Below are positions 49,590 to 61,917 of a stretch of 64,000 nucleotides of DNA, piece by piece. Made by a program: the position numbers and the translations under genes. Numbering within the stretch: the stretch's first letter is position 1; each line of letters opens with the position of its first letter. Source of the DNA: an uncultured Spirochaetota bacterium (lineage in GTDB: Bacteria; Spirochaetota; Brevinematia; Brevinematales; JAOACQ01); assembly GCA_963835575.1 (NCBI GenBank), contig CAWIGG010000004.1, forward strand, positions 32,001 to 96,000. The letters run 5' to 3'. The notes under the pieces are model-generated. The model worked only from the letters and a program-made list of their open reading frames with translations, was not told where the DNA came from and did not search any database.

Positions 49590-51662
49590 TTAAAAACCGG
49601 GGATTTTTATATTCTTTCCCGCGTCTTTGAGTTTATCCTTGGTTTGTTTATTAACCTGGCCCTCGATTTCTTTCTTTTTATCATCCAGAGTCTTCTGCAT
49701 ACCGTCTGTATCTTTGATATTTTTCTGTGAATCATTGTCCATCTTATTAAAAGCAGAATAAAGAGCATCATTCTTTTTAAGATCCGGCCCGATCTGCTTC
49801 ATCAAGGAATCTTTCAATTCTTTCTCATATTTTTTCGTATAATTTTGAATCAACATGCCAACTTTTCTACTGATTATCCCATCGATGTTGCTTTTTCCCT
49901 GAATGGACACCTGTCCATCCGGTGAAAAAACATAACTGATCTCAAGCACAACATTCGGGGTCTTTGTCAACGTATCATAAATCACTTTGTTGATTATATC
50001 ATCTTTATTGGCCATATCCATTTGTATTTTGCTGAGGTTAATGACAGCAACTCCCTTTGTCCCGCCGCGTTTATCTAATTTAAATGAAGTCTTCAACCTG
50101 TACATACTTTTAAAATATTTAACGTTAAGAAAGCCCAGACTTTCCTGTATTTCCAGCGGATAGTTGTTGATCTGCAGCTCCAGGCCAAAAGTCTCTTCGG
50201 CATTTGAACGCGAATTAATCATTCCGTTCAACAGGATCTCCTGTCCGCTTTTATCCTGTTCAAAATGGAAAGTAACAGGTTTTTTCCACATATCAGGATC
50301 GCTGGAGACATCCCTTAAATATGCCTCCATATAATTATTATCTTTTTTCTTCCCGATAGATGATGCAAGATTCTGGATCAGGAAGTTCGGATAAACTTGA
50401 GCGGGAAAATAAACATTATAGCCCCTTCTTCTTTGGAGGTCCTCATTCCTCTTCTGCTTTTTTTCCTTTTCGCTGTCTTTATCTTTAAGTTTTATTGCAT
50501 AGTCCCGGGCTTTAAGCGCGTAAATATATATCTTCCCCAGCTTTTGAGCGAGAAATTTATTAGCAATAGCAATCGCCATGCCCTGCAAGCCGCCTTTTGG
50601 AAGATTAATTAAGGATAAAAAATAATTATTATCCTTATCCAGAGAATTCTGCAGGTCTTTTTTCAGAATATCAACTTTATTCTTATCAAGATCAAAATCC
50701 TTATTGATTTTTTCAATATCATGTTTCAGATTTTCAACGGCCGGAGCGTATGAATTTATTTTATTTAGGGCCTGCCGGGCCTGTTCTGCGGTTTTAATGG
50801 AATTAATATCAATTTTTTTTACCTCATCTATTCCTTTTGATGTCTTTTCCACATTTTTCCGGGCGCTCTTAAGATTATTATCCCATTTATTGGTCATTCC
50901 AGTGATTTCAATATTGGCATTGCTTAATTTTTTTATTGTCTGGATATTAGTTTTATTATCCTCAACTATTTTCGCCGGGTCTATCTTGCCGAGACTGAAA
51001 GGCTGACTGGCCTTATCCTGTTTTTTATCCTGTCCTTTTGTTTCATTCTTTTTTTCCTGTTTATTCGGCAGATTCCCGGAAGTTTTTCTGTCAGTATTCC
51101 AGCTGATGCCCTGGCATTCAATATTTTTTGCCACGAATTTTCCAAGCAAAAGCTGGGGCGCATTCAGATTTATTTCAGTTTTATCAAACTCAAACAAGTT
51201 TTTCATAGGCGCGTCCGCGTCCGCAACGGCCAGATGTTTAATTGTTATTTTTGTATTGAGCAGCTCAAAATTCAGTCCCTGAATTTCAGCTTTAGCATTA
51301 AACAAAGCCTCAAGGCCAGTTTTAAGCGCCTGGGTCAACAGCATGTTCTTGAAAAATATACTAAAAATAACAATAACTCCCACTATAACAAGAAGCGGCG
51401 TTACTTTTACTAAATCAAATATACCGCCTTTATTTTTATTAACCGCATCAGCTATTGATTTAATCCTTTTAGTTTCTTCTTTTGTAAATTCGTCTTTATT
51501 TAACAGATAATTGCCCTGCGGGTCTTTTTTATAAAGAGATTGAATGAATTCTTTGTCTTTTTGAATATAAATTTTCTTCAGTATTTTCTTTTCAAATACT
51601 TTGCTTTTTATAGATTTGCGGAAAGGTTTTTTTATTTTTAGCTTTTTTATTTTTTCAGCCAT
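49590..51662 (-). CDS. TIGR03545 family protein
   Basis: TM, then ADADAPMKNLFEFD, RKTSG and RG.NVYFP; adjacent to the TIGR03546 gene. Confidence 0.8.
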   Translation of the reverse strand: MAEKIKKLKIKKPFRKSIKSKVFEKKILKKIYIQKDKEFIQSLYKKDPQGNYLLNKDEFTKEETKRIKSIADAVNKNKGGIFDLVKVTPLLVIVGVIVIFSIFFKNMLLTQALKTGLEALFNAKAEIQGLNFELLNTKITIKHLAVADADAPMKNLFEFDKTEINLNAPQLLLGKFVAKNIECQGISWNTDRKTSGNLPNKQEKKNETKGQDKKQDKASQPFSLGKIDPAKIVEDNKTNIQTIKKLSNANIEITGMTNKWDNNLKSARKNVEKTSKGIDEVKKIDINSIKTAEQARQALNKINSYAPAVENLKHDIEKINKDFDLDKNKVDILKKDLQNSLDKDNNYFLSLINLPKGGLQGMAIAIANKFLAQKLGKIYIYALKARDYAIKLKDKDSEKEKKQKRNEDLQRRRGYNVYFPAQVYPNFLIQNLASSIGKKKDNNYMEAYLRDVSSDPDMWKKPVTFHFEQDKSGQEILLNGMINSRSNAEETFGLELQINNYPLEIQESLGFLNVKYFKSMYRLKTSFKLDKRGGTKGVAVINLSKIQMDMANKDDIINKVIYDTLTKTPNVVLEISYVFSPDGQVSIQGKSNIDGIISRKVGMLIQNYTKKYEKELKDSLMKQIGPDLKKNDALYSAFNKMDNDSQKNIKDTDGMQKTLDDKKKEIEGQVNKQTKDKLKDAGKNIKIPGF

Positions 51663-51680
51663 ACATAATCTCCTTTACAA

Positions 51681-52223
51681 TTAATGCGTCGGGAAAGTAA
51701 TACTTGAAGCCTTACTGATGATCTTTGTAATTAGGGATATAAAAGGCGCATTAAGAAATCCCTTAACAAGCTTGCTGTTTTCAATGACGCTTTTCAGTTT
51801 ATTCCTGTAGAATTTGACTGTAACAGTAAATAATATAAAAATAGGGAGCCAGAGTATAATTCCCAGTGCGAATCCTCCCATGACAATCGTATTATTAAAT
51901 TTAGTAAAAGGCATGAAAGGCGTGTTGATCAGCCCTGTATAAGTATTTTTGAGAGCGGGAATAGTTAATACCATATATCCGAAGCTGTCCAGAAGCGGAT
52001 CAAATAAAAACATAAAAAGTTTGAAAAGCACAAGAAACAACGCTTCAATCCCGAAATGGACTTTTAAGAAAAATGTCAGTATGAATAATAAAATCCATAA
52101 TAAATTATTTGAAGGAATGAGCGCCAGCATAAAAGCAAAAGCAATTCCGGCGGCAATTTCGCCGGGATTCTGATTTGAATTTAATGTTTTGATCAGATCA
52201 GTTATCCATTTGACCACAAACAT
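51681..52223 (-). CDS. TIGR03546 family (DUF2062-like) membrane protein
   Basis: LNSNQNPGEIA, FNNTIVMG. Confidence 0.85.
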   Translation of the reverse strand: MFVVKWITDLIKTLNSNQNPGEIAAGIAFAFMLALIPSNNLLWILLFILTFFLKVHFGIEALFLVLFKLFMFLFDPLLDSFGYMVLTIPALKNTYTGLINTPFMPFTKFNNTIVMGGFALGIILWLPIFILFTVTVKFYRNKLKSVIENSKLVKGFLNAPFISLITKIISKASSITFPTH

Positions 52224-52347
52224 GATAACCCTCCTTACCTAATCTTTTTATTGATATAATAATATAATGAAGGGATGAATAAATCTCAAATAAAAATTAT
52301 CAGGCTTAATGATTCATATATTTACATTTTATATATAGTAAATAAAT

Positions 52348-52390
52348 AGGGATGATTCATCGAACATCTTCCGTACGATGGATCATCCCT
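52348..52390 (-). terminator. Hairpin downstream of 5S rRNA (probable rrn terminator)
   Basis: AGGGATGATTCATCG/CGATGGATCATCCCT stem. Confidence 0.55.
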
Positions 52391-52405
52391 CATAAAATAA
52401 AAAAA

Positions 52406-52512
52406 GCCTGGCAACACCTACTTTCCCCTTACGAGTATCATCGGCGACGCAGGGCTTAACTTCCGGGTTCGGAATGGGACCGGGTGTAACACCTGCGCTA
52501 TGGTCACCAGGC
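52406..52512 (-). rRNA. rrf: 5S rRNA
   Basis: Reverse complement contains CCCATTCCGAACCCGGAAGTTAAG and AGTAGGT; terminal stem GCCTGG/CCAGGC. Confidence 0.93.
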
Positions 52513-52527
52513 AAAACAAAACAACCA

Positions 52528-52572
52528 ACCCCTCTGTATCCCCCCCTTAATAAGGGGGGAAGGGAAGGGGGG
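52528..52572. repeat. CCCCCTT...AAGGGGG-type palindromic repeat in the 23S-5S spacer
   Basis: TCCCCCCTTAATAAGGGGGGA inside a longer imperfect inverted repeat. Confidence 0.6.
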
Positions 52573-52592
52573 TAAATAAGAATAAGTCAAGA

Positions 52593-55474
<2,882 letters not shown>

Positions 55475-55503
55475 TTCTTACCTTATTCCTATAACCGATT
55501 TCT

Positions 55504-55619
55504 GGCTATTAGCTACTAACTTCTAGCCGTTAGCTAATAGATATTTCTTATCTGTTTAAAACAATTCTTTTTCCCCGTTCCGCTAACCGCTAGCAGCTAA
55601 CCGCTAACAGCTAGTAACC
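55504..55619. repeat. 7-bp repeat arrays in the tRNA-Ala/23S spacer
   Basis: CCGCTAA CCGCTAG CAGCTAA CCGCTAA CAGCTAG and the opposing GGCTATT AGCTACT AACTTCT AGCCGTT AGCTAAT. Confidence 0.65.
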
Positions 55620-55692
55620 TGGAGATGAGGGGAATCGAACCCCTGGCATCCTGCTTGCAAGGCAGGCGCTCTCCCAGCTGAGCTACACCCCC
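55620..55692 (-). tRNA. tRNA-Ala(TGC), CCA not encoded
   Basis: GGGGGTGTAGCTCAGCTGGGAGAGCGCCTGCCTTGCAAGCAGG...GGTTCGATTCCCCTCATCTCCA. Confidence 0.96.
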
Positions 55693-55697
55693 AAGAC

Positions 55698-55740
55698 GAT
55701 TGCGTAGAGACGTAATGAAACATTACATCTCTACGCAATC
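55698..55740. repeat. GTAG-type REP palindrome between the spacer tRNAs
   Basis: GATTGCGTAGAGACGTAATG...CATTACATCTCTACGCAATC. Confidence 0.75.
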
Positions 55741-55741
55741 C

Positions 55742-55815
55742 TGGGTGTAGGTGGTTTCGAACCACCGACCTCAGCCTTATCAGGGCTGCGCTCTAACCAA
55801 CTGAGCTATACACCC
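55742..55815 (-). tRNA. tRNA-Ile(GAT), CCA not encoded
   Basis: GGGTGTATAGCTCAGTTGGTTAGAGCGCAGCCCTGATAAGGCTG...GGTTCGAAACCACCTACACCCA. Confidence 0.96.
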
Positions 55816-55904
55816 CTTTGGCTTTTATCTCTTTTTCTTCTTTTTATATATAAGATGAGAGTCCAGTGACTTGTTTTGAGGTGTTACCCTCTTTTTCTCC
55901 CTAT

Positions 55905-57436
<1,532 letters not shown>

Positions 57437-57477
57437 AAAAATTATATCATTTCAGTTTGATCTGTTTGCATCTGTCC

Positions 57478-57505
57478 GTACAGACGTTGCAAGCAACGTC
57501 TCTAC
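57478..57505. repeat. GTAG-type REP palindrome in the rrn leader
   Basis: GTACAGACGTTGCAAGCAACGTCTCTAC. Confidence 0.7.
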
Positions 57506-57664
57506 TTAAGAAATTGTTTCCTCCCTTGTCGACCTCTCCGATCTTTCAACCGGCCGCCGACTCGGGCAGGACTCGCACTGGACTCTCACCTTCGTTCTAT
57601 TACCTTATTTCAGTACAAGAATACTACCCATTTTCTTCACCCTGCCTTTATACAGGCGGGTAGT

Positions 57665-57694
57665 AGTATAACATAGGCATTTAATTTTAGTCAA
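57665..57694 (-). promoter_or_regulatory. Candidate rrn promoter
   Basis: Minus-strand TTGACT-18 bp-TATACT with TG extended -10 and AT-rich upstream sequence. Confidence 0.55.
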
Positions 57695-57814
57695 ACTTTT
57701 TATTAATTAATTTTTAACTTAAAACTAATAATCTAAAACTTTCACACTTAAACAGTCTTTCTGCCGGATTTATTTAACATTTTATAAGAAAACAATATGT
57801 CCGATAATTTAATA

Positions 57815-57843
57815 TTGACAATTAAATATGGATTATTTAGAAT
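57815..57843 (+). promoter_or_regulatory. Sigma70 promoter now separated from the 59272 operon by the IS
   Basis: TTGACA-17 bp-TAGAAT ending inside the left target duplication. Confidence 0.65.
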
Positions 57844-57849
57844 TTCCCC

Positions 57850-59245
57850 GAGTTATAATAGAAAGTTGTGTATAGGAATAAATATTTTAAAAAAGATGGC
57901 GTACCCTCTATAATTTATTTACGACAATAAACAAAAGGAGGAATACGCCATATGCCGAAGCACAACGAAGATTTTAAGCTCTTACAGGCTTTTAATCAAG
58001 ATGAAACAGTAGAATTTTTATGTCTTGAAGAATTGGCAAGGATCGGGGCCAGGGAAATAATCAAGAAGGCTCTGGAAGATGAAATTAATGGGTTTCTTCA
58101 GGAGAGAGAGCATTTAACTATCGAAGACGGGAGAAAGGCAATAGTAAGAAATGGGTATCATAAAGCCCGTCAGATTCTCATTGGTGGAGGGGCTATTGAT
58201 GTATGTATTCCGAGAACAAGGAACCGACTCGGAGGCGACAATTTTCAAAGCCTAATAGTACCGCCGTATATGAGAAAAAGCCTGAGAATTGAGGAAGCCA
58301 TTCCATTGTTGTATCTCTATGGAGTCTCAGAGATGGATATGGAGAATGCCTTGAGAGGATTGCTTGGTGAAGAAGCGAAAGGATTATCAGCCTCAAGTAT
58401 AAGCAGAATGAAACAAGGATGGGGTAAAGAATATGATGAGTGGCGGACATCCGATTTAAGCGATAAAAAGTATTGCTATATATGGGTTGACGGCATTTAC
58501 TTCAATGTACAGGGCAGCGAAGACCGTTTATGCACTCTTGTAATGATCGGAGCCAATGAGAATGGTGAAAAGGAGATTATTCTTGTTGAAGAAGGTTACA
58601 GAGAGAATTCCGAGACTTGGTTAGGGATATTAAGAAACCTAAAAGAAAAAGGTTTGAAAGGTCCTATTCTTTTTATCGGAGACGGAAGCCTTGGATTCTG
58701 GAAAGCAGCCAAAGAAGTATATCCTGAATCCAGATGGCAGAGATGCTGGGTTCATAAGATAAAGAACATTCTAAACAAGCTGCCCAAAGTATTACAGTCA
58801 AAGGCAAAAGAGATGCTTCATGAGATATGCAATGCTCCTGATAAGGATAATGCTATCAAAGCTTTTGAATTATTCCAGGCGGTTTTTAATCCTAAATATC
58901 CAGCAGCTGTCGAATGTTTAGAAAAGGATTGGGAGCTTATGATCGAATTTTATAACTGTCCGGCGGAACATTGGGTACATATCCGTACGACAAACGTAAT
59001 AGAATCTACCTTCTCTACAGTTCGATTAAGAACTAAAAAGATGAGAGGCTGCGGAACCAGGGAAACGATTCTAATAATGGTCTATAAATTACTGGATAAG
59101 GCATCCAGGCGATGGAGAAAATTAAGAGGTTATGAAAAGATTAGCCTTGTATTGGAAGGCGCTGTTTTTGAGAACGGAGAGCTTGTAAAAAAGGCAGCAT
59201 AAAAAAATGAGAGGGTATGTCATACACAACATTTGACAAAAACTC
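57850..59245 (+). mobile_element. IS256-family insertion sequence (1396 bp) with 9-bp target duplication AATTTCCCC
   Basis: Imperfect terminal IRs GAGTT-N10-GTTGTGTAT; direct repeats at 57841-57849 and 59246-59254. Confidence 0.92.
57952..59202 (+). CDS. IS256-family (mutator-type) DDE transposase
   Basis: RNGY, PRTR, YIWVDGIY, IGDG.LGF, QRCWVHK, RTTN.IES. Confidence 0.95.
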   Translation: MPKHNEDFKLLQAFNQDETVEFLCLEELARIGAREIIKKALEDEINGFLQEREHLTIEDGRKAIVRNGYHKARQILIGGGAIDVCIPRTRNRLGGDNFQSLIVPPYMRKSLRIEEAIPLLYLYGVSEMDMENALRGLLGEEAKGLSASSISRMKQGWGKEYDEWRTSDLSDKKYCYIWVDGIYFNVQGSEDRLCTLVMIGANENGEKEIILVEEGYRENSETWLGILRNLKEKGLKGPILFIGDGSLGFWKAAKEVYPESRWQRCWVHKIKNILNKLPKVLQSKAKEMLHEICNAPDKDNAIKAFELFQAVFNPKYPAAVECLEKDWELMIEFYNCPAEHWVHIRTTNVIESTFSTVRLRTKKMRGCGTRETILIMVYKLLDKASRRWRKLRGYEKISLVLEGAVFENGELVKKAA

Positions 59246-59271
59246 AATTTCCCCTTTAAAAAAGGTTAAAT

Positions 59272-61050
59272 ATGAATATTAAAACATTTATTACCGGATT
59301 TTTATTTCTTCTGACGATAAATATCAAACTCTATGCTGAAAATGTTTCCCTCTGCTACCACCAGTTTGATTATTCACTGACCAATCTTTATTCTGTCCTT
59401 CCGGAAGTATTCGAGTGGCAGGTAAATACAATCCGGCAGAACGGCATTCCCATCATTACTCTTGATCAGATGATCGATACTTTCTATAATAAGGATAATA
59501 TCGGTACTAATGTCCTTATTACGATAGACGATGGATGGAAAAACGAATTGAATATTATCCCTATTGCTCAGAAATATAAAGTGCCTGTTACAATATTCCT
59601 TGTTCCTCAATTTATTGACAATAAAACAAATTATTTCACATCTGACGACATTGAATTCCTGAAAAAAATCCCGGAAGTAAGCTTCGGATGTCACAGCTAT
59701 TCACATCCGGTGCTGGTCCATAAAAACGCGTTTTTCCTGAATAAAGAAGTGGCGGAATCCCGGTATATTCTTGAAAAAATGCTCAATAGAAAAATAGATA
59801 CTTTTGCCTATCCGTATGGAGCTTTTGACGATGATGCCAAAAAGCTGGCCGGAGAACACTATAAACTTGCCTTCGGGATAAACAGCGGGCCCAACGGCAT
59901 ATCACGAGACAAATCCAACATTAACCGGGATGTCATTTATAAAATGACTTCTTTCGGCGAGTTTATTTCCGCTATTGACTATGCAATGGGCAGGCATGTC
60001 GATAAAGGATATAACATAACATCACTCGGGGAAGGAAACAATAACTACCGCCATTTTCATTATATCAAGATAAAGCTTTTCAAATTTCCTGCCGGCCGCA
60101 GGGAAAAAAGCCTGCTGATTATTCCGAGTTCCAGTATCGGTCCCGGCTGGGCATATAAAATCATAGACAGGCTCACAAATACCGACATCGAAACCGATGT
60201 CGCGGTCGAAAGGAACAATAATATCCCTTTTTACCGGCCGGACAAAGAAATGCGGTCTATAACCAATTGGGGACTTTCCGCCTATATGGATGATATAAAA
60301 AGAGCCCTGGATTATCTGTCAGCCCGGAAAAAAAAGATCATTCTGCTGACCTGGGGGAACGGCTTTGATCTCATTGCCGCGACATTATTAAAATATCCCG
60401 CTTACCTTGCCAGGATCAAGGGAATGATAACCGTCAACCCTTCCGTTCGTGTCCGGAATAATGATAAAACAACTTTTTTAATTAATTCCCTCTATTATGA
60501 AAATCTTCTCCGCGAAAGAAGCTACTCTCTGACAACCCTGTCATTTTTCATGAAGATAAAAACTCTTTACGACCTCGCGGTTCTAAAGCCCGCGTCAATA
60601 AGCCCATATGCAAAAACGCTTGGTTATCCTGTAATGTCCAATTTTGAGACATTTAAAAAAGCGGTTGATGAAGAAAATGACCCCGACTTATCACTGGACA
60701 GCCTGAATACTCATTATACTATAAAAGAATTTATGGACGCGTCCATGAAGCCGCTGCCGATATTCAGCATGCTCGAGCCGCTCTGCCTTCTCAAGGACTT
60801 TCAAAGTCTATGGTACAATCAATTTTCATGGAAAGAAATGGGGATCAATTCACCGGCGCATCTCCGGTTTCCGGTCACATTTATTAATTCCGAACAATAT
60901 GCCCCATGCATTGAAAGAATCCAGGAAACATTTCCGCACCTGAAAAAAGGAAATACCTATTACTTTGAAGGTGTTTCCACCATTGAAATGCTTCTTTCCA
61001 CATCAATCGCCGATTTGATCACAAATGAGACAATCGGGATGATGGAATAA
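59272..61050 (+). CDS. Exported polysaccharide deacetylase (CE4) fused to an alpha/beta-hydrolase-like domain
   Basis: LCYHQF, ITIDDG, HSYSH, FAYPYG; C-terminal DDIKRALDYL...IILLTWGNG. Confidence 0.8.
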   Translation: MNIKTFITGFLFLLTINIKLYAENVSLCYHQFDYSLTNLYSVLPEVFEWQVNTIRQNGIPIITLDQMIDTFYNKDNIGTNVLITIDDGWKNELNIIPIAQKYKVPVTIFLVPQFIDNKTNYFTSDDIEFLKKIPEVSFGCHSYSHPVLVHKNAFFLNKEVAESRYILEKMLNRKIDTFAYPYGAFDDDAKKLAGEHYKLAFGINSGPNGISRDKSNINRDVIYKMTSFGEFISAIDYAMGRHVDKGYNITSLGEGNNNYRHFHYIKIKLFKFPAGRREKSLLIIPSSSIGPGWAYKIIDRLTNTDIETDVAVERNNNIPFYRPDKEMRSITNWGLSAYMDDIKRALDYLSARKKKIILLTWGNGFDLIAATLLKYPAYLARIKGMITVNPSVRVRNNDKTTFLINSLYYENLLRERSYSLTTLSFFMKIKTLYDLAVLKPASISPYAKTLGYPVMSNFETFKKAVDEENDPDLSLDSLNTHYTIKEFMDASMKPLPIFSMLEPLCLLKDFQSLWYNQFSWKEMGINSPAHLRFPVTFINSEQYAPCIERIQETFPHLKKGNTYYFEGVSTIEMLLSTSIADLITNETIGMME

Positions 61051-61053
61051 AGA

Positions 61054-61917
61054 ATGATTATAATGAAAATAGAATTCACATTATCTATTTTATTGATGTT
61101 ATTCATAACAAATGCGGGAAACACAATTTCAATCGATATTAATAAAACTATTATTAATGAGAAAAACGGGATCTCCCGCATTGAATGTGTTTATAAAATT
61201 GGGGGGGGGTCCAGAAAAGTTAAACTTTACGCCGTAAATTTGAAGGAGCAAAAACCGTCAAAAATCATCTGGATATTTCATGGCTACAAACCGGAAGGGG
61301 ACCCTTACCATCAGCATCCTGAAATTATCATCCGAAACTGGGACCTGACGCATCTCGCATCTATTTATCATCTTATATTCATTCTCCCGGACATGGGAAA
61401 AACAATTTATCCATTATCGGCGGAAAACAGCCCCGTTTCTGATGTCCGGTTCCTTGCTGATATTTTCAATTCATTTAATACAAAACCGCCCGAAGCCCCG
61501 GTTATTTTTGCGGGAATATCAACCGGAGTTGAAGGCGCGATCAAACTGGCTTCAATCTGTTCAAACGTGACGACATTACTCTGTTTATCAGGAACATATG
61601 ATTATTCAATTATTCCTGAAGAAAGCGGGGAATATAAAATCCATCAGGAAATTTTCGATAATTCTTCCCTTTTATGGAAAAATGAAAACCCGGTTGAAAT
61701 ACTGAGTAAGCTGAAAAAAACAACCCTTTTTATATATTGTGAGGAAAATTCACAATTTAACAATCAGGCCCGGAATCTGATCATATCACATTTGACAAAT
61801 ATTATATTGAAAGGCGATTTAAACATCGGGAAGGGATTTAAACATGGCTGGGATTTCTGGAAAAGCCCGGCAGTCCTTTCCAATATAACAGCAGTATTCA
61901 ATTCTTCTAATGACTGA
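61054..61917 (+). CDS. Alpha/beta-hydrolase (esterase family)
   Basis: FHG, AGISTG nucleophile elbow, LSG, HGWDFW. Confidence 0.8.
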   Translation: MIIMKIEFTLSILLMLFITNAGNTISIDINKTIINEKNGISRIECVYKIGGGSRKVKLYAVNLKEQKPSKIIWIFHGYKPEGDPYHQHPEIIIRNWDLTHLASIYHLIFILPDMGKTIYPLSAENSPVSDVRFLADIFNSFNTKPPEAPVIFAGISTGVEGAIKLASICSNVTTLLCLSGTYDYSIIPEESGEYKIHQEIFDNSSLLWKNENPVEILSKLKKTTLFIYCEENSQFNNQARNLIISHLTNIILKGDLNIGKGFKHGWDFWKSPAVLSNITAVFNSSND

